A stretch of DNA of 64,000 nt from an uncultured SAR86 cluster bacterium (GTDB lineage: Bacteria; Pseudomonadota; Gammaproteobacteria; Magnimaribacterales; AG-339-G14). The notes under the pieces are model-generated. The model had not been told where the DNA came from, made no database searches, and saw only the letters and a list, made by a program, of their open reading frames with translations. A program made the position numbers and the translations under genes. The DNA lies in contig CACELJ010000002.1 in assembly GCA_902560275.1 (NCBI GenBank), forward strand, positions 41 through 64,040, written 5' to 3'. Below are positions 40,595 through 50,656 of this stretch, piece by piece. How positions within the stretch are numbered: the stretch's first letter is position 1; each line of letters begins with the position of its first letter.

Positions 40595-41060
40595 CTTTGG
40601 AGACTAAGACTCCCGTTGAATCTCCATAGACCCAATCATTTGAATTTATTATCAATCCGTCTATTTCAATAGGGGCATCTATGGAACCTCTATCTTTTTT
40701 TTCACTTTTTTTAGGAACAGAGCCAAGTGCAAAAATTCCCATATCGATTGTTTTCAAGACATCTACATCCCTGACGCAGCCGAGGATAATTATTCCATTC
40801 CAATTATTTTTACAAGCATTTTCAGCAATCATGTCTCCCAAGAGGGCGACCTCAAAACTTTTATTCCCATCGACAAAAAGAACACCTCCCTGGCCTTCTG
40901 TTGCTAATATTTTTTTAACAAAAGAATTATCGTTTGGAGCATGAACTGTTTTTATAGGCCCGTAAAGAAAATCTCTAGCTCCATACGAATTAAATTGTAA
41001 GCCCACGAATGGAACGTCGGGATTAAGATCGCTAAGGTCTGGAGTTGAAATTTTTTGCAT
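40557..41060 (-). CDS. rraA: RraA family protein (RNase E regulator / HMG-type aldolase fold)
   Basis: 167 aa, TPDLSDL...FNSYGARDFLYGPIKTV...GGVLFVDG...ALLGDMIAENA...WNGIIILGCVRD. Colinear with E. coli RraA. The last 38 nt lie inside antisense tRNA-Thr(UGU). Confidence 0.85.
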   Translation of the reverse strand: MQKISTPDLSDLNPDVPFVGLQFNSYGARDFLYGPIKTVHAPNDNSFVKKILATEGQGGVLFVDGNKSFEVALLGDMIAENACKNNWNGIIILGCVRDVDVLKTIDMGIFALGSVPKKSEKKDRGSIDAPIEIDGLIINSNDWVYGDSTGVLVSKVELAIGVEPTTA

Positions 41061-41062
41061 TT

Positions 41063-41992
41063 CTAAAGATTATTTAAAATTGGTTTATAAGTCGATCCTT
41101 TTTCAAACTCATCCATTATTTGAGATATTTGTTTAATTGATTTGGACGCATCCTCAACGGTAAAACCCTTTCCTTCAAGAATTGATTCATAACTTTTGGT
41201 ATGCAAATCTTGGAATCCTCCAGTAAATTCAAATTCATCTCCATTTATGGTGAAAGATCGATACAGAACTTCCTCTTGTCCCATTTCTTTAAGTTTTTCT
41301 TTGGATAAAACATTGATCATTATTAATACTTTCGCGTTTTCATGTTCGATAAGAACGTTAGCTTGATTGAGAGATAACTTGTTGACATTGAAATTTGAAA
41401 CTTGGCCAAAAATATCAATCAAAATATCCAGATAGTGAATACCAAATTCGAAAAGAATCCCTCCTGACTTATTTTCACTTCCTCTCCAGGAAGAAAAAAA
41501 CTCTGAACCTCTTGTCGTAGCATATATCAGGATGACCTCATGTTTTTCATCTGACTTTTGTGAGGTTATATTTTGTTTCAATTGAATTATTGATTCATGA
41601 AATCTTAATTGCATAATTGTAAAAACCTTAGCAGCAGAAACGGATTCAGATTTTCTAATCCTGTCTAAGTCTGAAACAGATAAAGAGAGGGGTTTTTCAC
41701 AAATCACATTGATATCATTTTCCAAGCAAGTAATTATTTGATCAGTGTGTAAGTGATTTGGGGTGCAGATAGAAATATAGTCTAAGTTATCTTTCTGATG
41801 GAATTTGATCATTTCCTCAAGACTATCAAGGGTTTCTATGTTCTTAGAAAGGAATTCTTTTTTTTGGGCTGAGTTAAAATCCAAATCACTGACACATTTA
41901 AGATCTGCGCTAATATTATTGATTGCTTGAATATGGCGAGGAGCTATGTACCCTAGTGCTCCAAGTAATCCAAATTTGAGCTTATTACCCAT
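41063..41992 (-). CDS. Gfo/Idh/MocA family NAD(P)-dependent oxidoreductase
   Basis: 309 aa. N-terminal Rossmann KFGLLGALGYIAPRHIQAI, the EKP motif (VICEKPLS), and a C-terminal alpha/beta domain. Substrate unknown. Confidence 0.75.
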   Translation of the reverse strand: MGNKLKFGLLGALGYIAPRHIQAINNISADLKCVSDLDFNSAQKKEFLSKNIETLDSLEEMIKFHQKDNLDYISICTPNHLHTDQIITCLENDINVICEKPLSLSVSDLDRIRKSESVSAAKVFTIMQLRFHESIIQLKQNITSQKSDEKHEVILIYATTRGSEFFSSWRGSENKSGGILFEFGIHYLDILIDIFGQVSNFNVNKLSLNQANVLIEHENAKVLIMINVLSKEKLKEMGQEEVLYRSFTINGDEFEFTGGFQDLHTKSYESILEGKGFTVEDASKSIKQISQIMDEFEKGSTYKPILNNL

Positions 41993-42028
41993 TGAAAAAG
42001 TATACTTGAGTAACTCATTGAGACATAA

Positions 42029-43891
42029 ATGTTTAAAGGAATTGTAAAACTTTCAAAAAATGGCAAAGGATCTTTATTAGTATCTGAAGATCTATCATTT
42101 AAACTTTCAAGAAAGGAATTATTCAAAGTATTTCCGGGCGATAAGGTTGAATGTTCAGTTCAGCAAGATAAAGCAACCATTCAAAAAATAATCGAGAGAA
42201 ATACAACCGAAGTCATAGGTAAATTAAAAAAAACTAACAAAGGATGGATTGCAGAATCCGTCAACAATGAATTTCATCTAGAAATAGTTATAAAAAAGAA
42301 TACTTCTAAAAAACTCAAAAATGGTGACTTTTGTAAAATAAAAATAAAAAAACAACCAAGCTTAAAACATAGGCCTGAAGGTTACATAGTTGAGCAACTT
42401 ATATTTTCAAATATTTTTGAAGAAGCAGACGAGATTGCTTTGCAAACAAATCTTAATATTAAGAGAACTTTTCCAAAAACAATTTTGCCAGAAATAAATA
42501 GGATTTTGAAAGAACATAATTCTGGAAATTTTCCTTCTGAATATGAAGATTTAACAGACAAAAATTTTTTTACCATTGATGGTAAAAATGCAAAAGATTT
42601 TGATGATGCAATTTGCTGCGAACAAACTTCAAATGGATACAAATTATTAGTAGCTATTGCTGATGTCTCTGCTTTTGTCTCTGAGGGATCTTCCTTGGAT
42701 AAAGTGGCTGCAGAAAGAGCAACGTCAATTTATTTAAATTCAAAAGTTATTCCAATGCTACCAAAAGAATTATCAAACGATATTTGCTCTCTTCGCCCCC
42801 TAGAAAAAAGGTTAACGCTGGTCTGCGAAATGATTCTTGATAAAGATTGTTCTCTCAAAACTTTTAAATTTTATTCAGCAATTATCGAATCGAAGAAAAG
42901 GTTTACTTACGACGAACTTTCAAATCTTGAGAAAGATGACATAAATAGACATCCAGAATTTTCAAATGATTTAAAGAAATTGTTGGAAATATGTAAAAAA
43001 AGAATTGAAAAAAGGAAACAAAGGCTCGCAATAGATTTTGAAATGAATGAGTACCGACCAGAAGTTAAGAAAGGAAAACTAAAAGCTTTTGTTCCGGTAA
43101 CTAGATATTTGAGTCATAGGGCCATTGAGGAATGCATGATTTTGGCAAACATATCTGCAGCAAAATTTCTTAAGGAAAATAAAATAAGCACTATATTTCG
43201 ATTTCATGACTTCCCGGATATGGATAAGATAATCTCATTGCAAAAATTTCTTCAATCACGAGGTTTACCAATATCAGAAGATTTTAATCTTTCAAGAAAA
43301 TCTATTTTCGATTGGGTTCAAAAAACCTCAAAGCATAAAATTAATGAAATCTTAGCTCTTGAAATTCTAAAAAGCATGAAACTCGCAATATACTCTTCTG
43401 AGAGGAGTGAACATTTCGCTTTGGGTTTAGATGAATATTTACACTTCACCTCACCCATCAGAAGATATCCAGATTTAGTGGTTCATAGATGTATAAAACA
43501 AATTATTCATAACAAGAAATTTAAATCTTTATCAAAAAATGATTTAGCTGACATTGCAGAAAATTGTAGTTTTAGGGAAAGAGAGGCTGATCAAATTTCT
43601 AAGGAAGCAGATAAAGTTCTGAGATCGCGATGCGGACAAAATTATATTGGGAGTAAATTTTCTGGAATCATATCTGGAGTTACAGAATTTGGAGTATTTG
43701 TGAAACTGGATCAAATTAACATTGAAGGCTTGTGTCACATAAGCTCATTCAAAAATAAATATTATAATTTTAATTATGAGATGAAATCCTTGGTCAGTAG
43801 ACAAGGTACGATAAGCATTGGAGATAAAATGAGTTGCATTATCGAATCGGTGCATCCTTATGAAGGTAAAATAAGTTTAATACCAGCATAA
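42029..43891 (+). CDS. rnr: Ribonuclease R (RNB-family 3'-5' exoribonuclease), short form
   Basis: 620 aa. RNB domain motifs are FTIDGKNAKDFDDAI, HFALGLDEYLHFTSPIRRYPDLVVHR, plus a C-terminal S1 domain (GIISGVTEFGVFVKL). It is followed by rlmB as in E. coli rnr-rlmB. Confidence 0.88.
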   Translation: MFKGIVKLSKNGKGSLLVSEDLSFKLSRKELFKVFPGDKVECSVQQDKATIQKIIERNTTEVIGKLKKTNKGWIAESVNNEFHLEIVIKKNTSKKLKNGDFCKIKIKKQPSLKHRPEGYIVEQLIFSNIFEEADEIALQTNLNIKRTFPKTILPEINRILKEHNSGNFPSEYEDLTDKNFFTIDGKNAKDFDDAICCEQTSNGYKLLVAIADVSAFVSEGSSLDKVAAERATSIYLNSKVIPMLPKELSNDICSLRPLEKRLTLVCEMILDKDCSLKTFKFYSAIIESKKRFTYDELSNLEKDDINRHPEFSNDLKKLLEICKKRIEKRKQRLAIDFEMNEYRPEVKKGKLKAFVPVTRYLSHRAIEECMILANISAAKFLKENKISTIFRFHDFPDMDKIISLQKFLQSRGLPISEDFNLSRKSIFDWVQKTSKHKINEILALEILKSMKLAIYSSERSEHFALGLDEYLHFTSPIRRYPDLVVHRCIKQIIHNKKFKSLSKNDLADIAENCSFREREADQISKEADKVLRSRCGQNYIGSKFSGIISGVTEFGVFVKLDQINIEGLCHISSFKNKYYNFNYEMKSLVSRQGTISIGDKMSCIIESVHPYEGKISLIPA

Positions 43892-43893
43892 AA

Positions 43894-44604
43894 ATGTTCG
43901 AGACATCAGATTTAAATACGATTAAAACTTTACTTGCCAACAAACCTGAGTCAATTAGGTTGTTGGAAGTAGATGACAATTCAATTTCAAATAGAATTAA
44001 AGAAATAAAAAAGATCGCTTTAAAGAAGAAATTAAAAATTGAAATAAAAAAATTTAAAAATCTAAATAAAAAGATCAATCTAATTTTCAAACCATCAGAA
44101 CCAAAAAATATAGAGTTCCTGGAAAAATTGTTAGAAACTAAAGAGAACGCCGTTATTCTTTTGCTCGATCACATAACGGATCCCAACAACCTAGGGTCAA
44201 TCCTCCGCACAAGCTTGGGTGGAATGGTTGATGCGGTAGTGGTTCCAAAATCCAGGGCATGTCATTTAACTAAATCGGTTAGAGAAGTTTCAAAAGGATC
44301 AAGCGAACTTATCCCGTTTGTGATTGTGCCGAACCTCAAGAGGATTACAGAGATACTAAAGCTTAGAGGGTTTTTAATCTATGGAGCTGAAGGGAGTTCA
44401 CAGTCAGAATCTATTTACGATACTAATTTTTCCAAAAAAATAGGCTTAATAATAGGTTCTGAAAATACAGGTATTCAAGAAACTTTAAAATCAAAATGCG
44501 ATAAAATAATCAAGATTCCAATAAGCGATAAATTGGAGAGTCTCAATGCAGCTATTGCTACTTCAGTAATTGTTTTTGAGATTAATAGACAAAGAACAAA
44601 CTAG
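43894..44604 (+). CDS. rlmB: 23S rRNA (guanosine-2'-O-)-methyltransferase RlmB (SpoU/TrmH family)
   Basis: 236 aa, [26 protein letters not shown] and [10 protein letters not shown] are SpoU motifs. Assigned by synteny with rnr. Confidence 0.85.
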   Translation: MFETSDLNTIKTLLANKPESIRLLEVDDNSISNRIKEIKKIALKKKLKIEIKKFKNLNKKINLIFKPSEPKNIEFLEKLLETKENAVILLLDHITDPNNLGSILRTSLGGMVDAVVVPKSRACHLTKSVREVSKGSSELIPFVIVPNLKRITEILKLRGFLIYGAEGSSQSESIYDTNFSKKIGLIIGSENTGIQETLKSKCDKIIKIPISDKLESLNAAIATSVIVFEINRQRTN

Positions 44605-44606
44605 AA

Positions 44607-45527
44607 ATGCTAGCTCAAAGAACTTTAACTAATCCCATCAAGGCAAGTGGTGTAGGCTTGCATTCAGGCAGAAAAATTACAATAAAACTTTTACCTGCGC
44701 CTGAAGATACTGGAATTATTTTTCAGAGAGTTGACTGTGAGCCAATTGTTGAGATCCAAGCTACCGTTGAAAACGTAGGAGCTACAGCGCTCGCAACGAC
44801 ACTGGTAAGTGGAAATATTGAAATCTCTACAGTTGAACATATGCTCTCTGCTTTTGCAGGTTTAGGCATCGATAATGCTTATGTCCAAATTAATGACATT
44901 GAAGTCCCTATCATGGATGGTTCAGCAAATCCTTTTGTTTTTTTGATCCAATCAGCTGGCATAAAGGAGCAAAAGGAAGTTAAAAAATTTATAAAAATAA
45001 AAAAACCTGTATCTGTGAAAGCTAACAATGGCGCAAAAGTATCGCTTTCGCCCTATGATGGTTTCAAAGTGAGTTATGAACTTGATTATGATCATCCTGT
45101 TCATAAAAGACAGCCCAACAAGGCTACCATTGACTTCAATTCAACAACTTTTCTCAAAGAGATATCTCGCGCAAGAACTTTTGGCTTTATGAGTGAAGTT
45201 GATGCATTAAAAAAAGAAAACTTAGCTCTAGGAGCAAGTGAGAAAAATGCTATAGCAATTGGTGAAAATGAAATTCTTAATGAAGAAGGCTTAAGGTCAG
45301 AGGATGAGTTCGTCAAGCATAAAATTCTTGATGTCATTGGTGACTTATATTTACTAAAACACAATCTAATTGGATCTTTTGAAGGTTATAAATCTGGACA
45401 TTCTCATAATAACCAACTTTTAAGAAAACTTATCGATAATCCTGATACTTGGGAAATAATTACTGCAGAAGAAGGCAATCAGTTCATCAGATATATCGAT
45501 CCAATCATTGACCCGAGTACAGGATAA
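44607..45527 (+). CDS. lpxC: UDP-3-O-acyl-N-acetylglucosamine deacetylase
   Basis: [39 protein letters not shown] aligns with the E. coli LpxC N-terminus. TVEHMLSA and [10 protein letters not shown] motifs are present. Confidence 0.96.
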   Translation: MLAQRTLTNPIKASGVGLHSGRKITIKLLPAPEDTGIIFQRVDCEPIVEIQATVENVGATALATTLVSGNIEISTVEHMLSAFAGLGIDNAYVQINDIEVPIMDGSANPFVFLIQSAGIKEQKEVKKFIKIKKPVSVKANNGAKVSLSPYDGFKVSYELDYDHPVHKRQPNKATIDFNSTTFLKEISRARTFGFMSEVDALKKENLALGASEKNAIAIGENEILNEEGLRSEDEFVKHKILDVIGDLYLLKHNLIGSFEGYKSGHSHNNQLLRKLIDNPDTWEIITAEEGNQFIRYIDPIIDPSTG

Positions 45528-45530
45528 GAA

Positions 45531-48146
45531 ATGTTTGGCTTTTTATTTGGCTCAAAACATAAAAGAGTCATCAACCGTATTTCCAAAACTGTTGATCAAA
45601 TTAATTCTTTGGAGTCCTCTCTTGAGCAATTAAATGCTGATGATTTACTGGCAAAATCTAATGAACTGAGAGATCAAGTTCGTTCCGGGGAAGCCTTGGA
45701 AAAAGTACTTCCCCAAGCATTTGCACTGGTTAGAGAATCGAGTAAAAGAAATTTGGGTCTGAGACATTATGACTGTCAACTCGTTGGAGGAGTTATTCTT
45801 AATGAAGGGAAGATCGCTGAGATGGCTACCGGTGAGGGAAAAACCCTCGTGGCTACTCTACCCTGTTACTTAAACGCTTTGACCGGAAAAGGTGTTTACG
45901 TGATTACTGTTAACGAGTATCTAGCTGAAAGGGATGCAAATTGGATGAGGCCTTTGTTTGAAGGCCTTGGATTGACAGTAAGTCATGTTGTTCCCAATCA
46001 AAGTTTTGAAGAGAAAAAAAATGCCTATCAGGCAGATGTTGTTTACATCACGAACAACGAAGCTGGTTTTGACTATCTAAGGGATAACATGGCAATGGAC
46101 AAAGCCCATAAAATGCAAAAAGACCTTTTTTTTGCTGTGGTTGATGAGGTAGATTCAATCCTGATTGATGAGGCTAGAACTCCTTTAGTCATAAGCGGTG
46201 TCGCCGAAGATAATTCTGAAATATATAAAAAGATTGGCCAAATAATTCCTCGTCTTAAGCAAGAAGAATTTGATTTGGAAACAGGAGATGTTTTTGTAGA
46301 AGGAGATTTTCAGATTGACGAAAAAGTAAGATCTGCTGAACTTACCGAGAAAGGTCATGAAAACGTTGAACGTCTTCTTGTACACAACGGACTTCTTAAA
46401 GAGGATGACTCGCTCTATGCGAGTGAAAATCTAAAATTATTAAATATGGTTCAGTCTTCCCTAAGAGCCTTTAATCTCTTTGAAAAAAACACAGATTATC
46501 TTGTGCAAAATGGTCAAGTAGTATTGATTGATACAAACACTGGAAGAGCTTTACCAGGTAGACGATTATCAGACGGAGTTCATCAAGCGCTAGAACTAAA
46601 GGAAAATGTAAATATCCAAGTCGAAAGTCAGACTTTAGCATCAACCACTTTTCAAAACTTTTTTAGACTCTTCGATAAATTATCTGGCATGACCGGAACT
46701 GCTGAAACTGAAGCTGAAGAGTTTGAGGAAATTTACTCTTTAGAGACCATTGTCATACCAACGAACCTGCCCATGATCAGAGACGATAAGGAAGACAAAA
46801 TTTATTTAACCCTTGAGGAGAAGTACGATGCTCTTGTTGAGGAAATAGAGAAAATTAACTCGATCGGCGCGCCAATTTTGGTTGGGACAATTTCCGTAGA
46901 AACTTCTGAATTAATATCTAGCAAACTAAAACAAAGAAAAATTGAACATAACGTTTTGAATGCAAAACAACATGAAAGAGAGGCTGAAATAATATCTCAG
47001 GCAGGAGCTCAGAATGCTGTAACCATAGCGACAAATATGGCAGGAAGAGGAACAGATATCGTCTTAGGAGGCAATGAAAAGGACGCTTCTTTCAGAGAAA
47101 AAGTTTTATCTCTTGGGGGTCTGCATGTGATTGGAACTGAAAGACACGAATCAAGGAGAGTTGATAATCAACTTAGAGGAAGATCTGGGAGACAAGGAGA
47201 TCCTGGTTCCTCACAATTTTTTCTGTCATTAGAAGATAGCTTGATGAAGATTTTTGCACCGGAAAGAGTTAAAAATCTTATGCAATCAATTGGAGGTATG
47301 AAGAAGGGAGAATCCATAGAACATAGAATGCTCACCGGAGCGATCGAGAGAGCTCAAAGAAGAGTTGAGGGAAGAAATTTTGATCTAAGAAAAAGAATTC
47401 TTGAATTTGACGATGTCCTTAATGAACAAAGACAGGTTATATATTCACAAAGAGAGGAAATTCTTCAGGAGGATGACTTAACAGAATTAATTGATTCAAT
47501 GCGATTCAATGAAATAGCAGATTTAGTTTATTCGTTTCTGCCGCCTTCTAGTGTAGAAAGTCAGTGGCAAACAGATAAGTTAAAGAATTCCTTGTCTTCT
47601 GATTTCGCTTTTGAATTTGACCCAGCTCAGTTCTTAGATGATGAAAAGAATAATCAAGATACCTTAATCGATGAAATTGTAAGTCAGCTTAAAAATAAAT
47701 ATCTTGAAAAAAGAATCGAATACAGCGAAGTTCTTCCTGGTCTAGAAAAACAAATTGTTTTGCAAGTCATAGATATATCTTGGAAAAATCATATCAATGC
47801 TCTTGAATACTTAAGACAAAATATAGGCTTTAGAAGTTATGCAGGAAAGGATCCCAGACTTGAATATAAAAGAGAGGCTTTTGAAATGTTCGAGGGTCTT
47901 CTCACAAACATCAATTCCGAAGCCATTAAGTTTTTATCCAAAATTCAAATCAATAAAGAAGAGCAAACAGCTCAGGAAAGTTCTGTCATAAAAAACACGA
48001 TAAGTCATAAAGAAGAGATTCAATCCGCTTTTGATTCGCCACAAGAACAAGTCAATAAAAATAAATCTGAACCAAATGAAGAATTTTCAGGAAACAGAAG
48101 AATGAGAAGACTTCAAGCCAAAGCCAAAAGGAAAAAAAGAAAATAG
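45531..48146 (+). CDS. secA: Preprotein translocase ATPase SecA (no C-terminal zinc-binding motif)
   Basis: 871 aa, MATGEGKTLVATLP Walker A, DEVDSILIDEARTPLVISG and TNMAGRGTDI. The C-terminus ends NRRMRRLQAKAKRKKRK without any Cys. Confidence 0.97.
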   Translation: MFGFLFGSKHKRVINRISKTVDQINSLESSLEQLNADDLLAKSNELRDQVRSGEALEKVLPQAFALVRESSKRNLGLRHYDCQLVGGVILNEGKIAEMATGEGKTLVATLPCYLNALTGKGVYVITVNEYLAERDANWMRPLFEGLGLTVSHVVPNQSFEEKKNAYQADVVYITNNEAGFDYLRDNMAMDKAHKMQKDLFFAVVDEVDSILIDEARTPLVISGVAEDNSEIYKKIGQIIPRLKQEEFDLETGDVFVEGDFQIDEKVRSAELTEKGHENVERLLVHNGLLKEDDSLYASENLKLLNMVQSSLRAFNLFEKNTDYLVQNGQVVLIDTNTGRALPGRRLSDGVHQALELKENVNIQVESQTLASTTFQNFFRLFDKLSGMTGTAETEAEEFEEIYSLETIVIPTNLPMIRDDKEDKIYLTLEEKYDALVEEIEKINSIGAPILVGTISVETSELISSKLKQRKIEHNVLNAKQHEREAEIISQAGAQNAVTIATNMAGRGTDIVLGGNEKDASFREKVLSLGGLHVIGTERHESRRVDNQLRGRSGRQGDPGSSQFFLSLEDSLMKIFAPERVKNLMQSIGGMKKGESIEHRMLTGAIERAQRRVEGRNFDLRKRILEFDDVLNEQRQVIYSQREEILQEDDLTELIDSMRFNEIADLVYSFLPPSSVESQWQTDKLKNSLSSDFAFEFDPAQFLDDEKNNQDTLIDEIVSQLKNKYLEKRIEYSEVLPGLEKQIVLQVIDISWKNHINALEYLRQNIGFRSYAGKDPRLEYKREAFEMFEGLLTNINSEAIKFLSKIQINKEEQTAQESSVIKNTISHKEEIQSAFDSPQEQVNKNKSEPNEEFSGNRRMRRLQAKAKRKKRK

Positions 48147-48149
48147 ATT

Positions 48150-49307
48150 ATGAAAGAAGTTAAAATTGGCTGTTCTTCGAGTTATCAAAAATATGGCAAA
48201 AGGCTTGATACCGCAATAATTCAAGTGCCAAGGAACAGCAAAATCTCTGGTTTATTTACATCAAATAAATTTCCTGCTGCGCCGGTAAAGGTTGCAAAAA
48301 GGAATTTAACAAACCTTGATAAAAAAAAGAAAACTGCATTATTTATAAATGCAGGTAACGCAAATGCTGCAACTGGACCAGAAGGTTTAAAAGACATAAA
48401 TAAAATGTTTGCTAATTATAAAGATGTAAATGTTCTGCCCTTTTCAACTGGAGTGATAGGAGAAAGACTTGATCTACAAAGGTATGGAAAATCCTTTTTT
48501 AATGCTTATAAAAATCTTGGTAAAAGTAGTTGGAAAAATTTTGCTACTTCAATAATGACAACAGACAAGGAAGAAAAAATAGTTAAAAAGAGTATCAAGA
48601 TAAAAGGCGAGACTATAAATTTCATTGGCGTCGCTAAAGGTTCTGCAATGATTGAACCTAACATGGCAACAATGTTGTCCTTTGTATTTACTGACTTAAA
48701 GATAAGCAAATTGAAGTTAGATAAAATTCATAGATTAGCCTGCGAAAGTTCTTTTAATTCAATAACTATTGATGGAGATCAATCAACAAATGACTCTTCT
48801 TTGCTTATCGCTACAGGATCATCACTAATTTCACTGTCGAAAGCCAATGAAAAAAAGATATTAGAGACTCTTCAAGATATTTTTTACTCTTTAGCAGAAA
48901 AAATAGTACTCGATGCTGAAGGAGCAACAAAGCTAATTTCGATAACTGTTAAAGGACTCAAGACTGAAAACGAATGCAAAACGGTTGCTAAAAATATTGC
49001 TAACTCTCTCTTAGTAAAAACAGCTGCCTTCGGAGAAGACCCAAATTGGGGGAGAATTTTAATGGCAGTTGGCAATACCAATATTAGCTTTGACGAGAAG
49101 AAATTTAATCTAAAGCTTGGAAAGCTCCAGGTATTTAGAAATAACAAACTTAGTTCAAGTTATTCAGAAAAATTAGGATTGAAAGAATTTAAAAAAAGAA
49201 AAATAGAAATAGTCATTAAGCTGGGTGATAGCAGTAAGACAAGCAAAGTCCTTACGTCGGATTTATCAAAAGATTATGTAAGCATGAATGCAGACTATAG
49301 ATCCTGA
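48150..49307 (+). CDS. argJ: Bifunctional ornithine acetyltransferase / N-acetylglutamate synthase
   Basis: 385 aa, KGSAMIEPNMATMLSFVFTD autoprocessing site (ATML), and a C-terminal YVSMNADYRS. Confidence 0.93.
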   Translation: MKEVKIGCSSSYQKYGKRLDTAIIQVPRNSKISGLFTSNKFPAAPVKVAKRNLTNLDKKKKTALFINAGNANAATGPEGLKDINKMFANYKDVNVLPFSTGVIGERLDLQRYGKSFFNAYKNLGKSSWKNFATSIMTTDKEEKIVKKSIKIKGETINFIGVAKGSAMIEPNMATMLSFVFTDLKISKLKLDKIHRLACESSFNSITIDGDQSTNDSSLLIATGSSLISLSKANEKKILETLQDIFYSLAEKIVLDAEGATKLISITVKGLKTENECKTVAKNIANSLLVKTAAFGEDPNWGRILMAVGNTNISFDEKKFNLKLGKLQVFRNNKLSSSYSEKLGLKEFKKRKIEIVIKLGDSSKTSKVLTSDLSKDYVSMNADYRS

Positions 49308-49839
49308 TTATTTTTTTATTACACCTGAAGTAATTCCTGAGAATTACCTAGACCTGTTGGAATCGATCAAGATTAAAAAAGAATTGCTTTTGTTAAGATG
49401 TTTAGATAACTCAGAACTTAATAAAAATTTAAACAAATTTTTGTTACTAAAGAAAAAGTATCAAACCAAACTGATTTTGAGCTCTAGACACCTAGACATC
49501 TCAGAACGATTTGATGGCATTCATTTCAATTCAGCGGATTTGATGAATTTATCGGACTTAAAAAGCTATCAAAATTATTTGGGTGCGTCATGTCATAATG
49601 AGGAGGAGATCAATAAAGCAAACCAACTTAAGTTGGATTATATTTTTATTTCACCAGTCAAAAAAACAAAAAGTCATCAGAATGCATCTTCTATAGGTTG
49701 GCAAAAATTCAAGGAATTAAGATCTCTAACTGAAATTAAGACTTATGCTCTAGGTGGAATGAGAATTTCAGACTTAAATGAGGCAAAAAAATATTCTGCT
49801 GATGGAATAGCAGGTATTTCTTCTTTTATGGATCAATAG
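49288..49839 (+). CDS. ThiE/TenI-family (thiamine-phosphate synthase-like) protein
   Basis: 183 aa, DGIHFNSADL, LGASCHNEEEINKANQLKLDYIFISPVKKTKSH, YALGGM and ADGIAGISS match the TMP-synthase/TenI barrel pattern. True function uncertain. Confidence 0.65.
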   Translation: MQTIDPDYFFITPEVIPENYLDLLESIKIKKELLLLRCLDNSELNKNLNKFLLLKKKYQTKLILSSRHLDISERFDGIHFNSADLMNLSDLKSYQNYLGASCHNEEEINKANQLKLDYIFISPVKKTKSHQNASSIGWQKFKELRSLTEIKTYALGGMRISDLNEAKKYSADGIAGISSFMDQ

Positions 49840-49999
49840 AAAGATCATCTTCATCTATTATGGGTCTGGAAATCTTGTGTTTCTCAAAAAACCAATCGCC
49901 TAAGTCAATGGCCTGACATTTCTCACTACAAAAAGGTCTGTGATTTGAATCTTTATTCACAGAGTACATTTTTCTGCATCGAGGACATTTTTTTTTCAT
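49826..49999 (-). CDS. yacG: DNA gyrase inhibitor YacG (zinc-finger protein; not in ORF track, 57 aa)
   Basis: Hand translation gives MKKKCPRCRKMYSVNKDSNHRPFCSEKCQAIDLGDWFFEKHKISRPIIDEDDLSIDP. It carries the CPxC...RPFCSxxCxxIDLGxW signature. Its ATG overlaps the coaE TGA (ATGA). Confidence 0.85.
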   Translation of the reverse strand: MKKKCPRCRKMYSVNKDSNHRPFCSEKCQAIDLGDWFFEKHKISRPIIDEDDLSIDP

Positions 50000-50592
50000 T
50001 TAAAAATTTCTTTTTCTAAATCATGATGAATTTTTTTAACTTTCTCCTCTAATTCCTGAAGAGATCCATCGTTTGAAATAATAATATCTGCAAGCTCATT
50101 CCTGCTTTTTCTATCTATTTGGGAATCAATAATTGATTTAATCTGACTGGCTTCAACATTATCCCTTTTTGTGGTTCTATCGATTTGATTGTCTTCGCTT
50201 GTGTCGACAACTATTGTTTTTGAACATAGGTCTTTTTGATTTGTTTCAAACAACAAAGGAGATACCAAAATCGCATATTTTGAACTCGCAGTTGCTAAAT
50301 CATCGATGAGTATTTGATGAATTAATGGATGAAGTAGATTTTCTAACCAGTCTTTTGCAGAACTCTCTTTAAATATAATTTCTCTGAGCTTTCTTCTATC
50401 TAATTCTCCCTCAGAGTTAAGAATATTTGATCCAAATTTTTCAGCGATTTTTTTTAAAGCTGGTTGTCCTTTCATCACAGGTTGTCTAGAAGCTACATCT
50501 GCGTCCACAACTTTCACTCCTAAGCCCTCAAAGATTTCTGAGACGGATGATTTTCCTGATCCAATTCCTCCTGTTAAACCTACTACTATCAT
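49996..50592 (-). CDS. coaE: Dephospho-CoA kinase
   Basis: MIVVGLTGGIGSGKSSVSEIF is the P-loop. 198 aa. coaE-yacG synteny as in other gammaproteobacteria. Confidence 0.93.
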   Translation of the reverse strand: MIVVGLTGGIGSGKSSVSEIFEGLGVKVVDADVASRQPVMKGQPALKKIAEKFGSNILNSEGELDRRKLREIIFKESSAKDWLENLLHPLIHQILIDDLATASSKYAILVSPLLFETNQKDLCSKTIVVDTSEDNQIDRTTKRDNVEASQIKSIIDSQIDRKSRNELADIIISNDGSLQELEEKVKKIHHDLEKEIFK

Positions 50593-50656
50593 TAAAATTA
50601 TTTTTCTGGATAATGATTATATTCCATGAACGGATAAATAATTCAACTGGGGGAAT

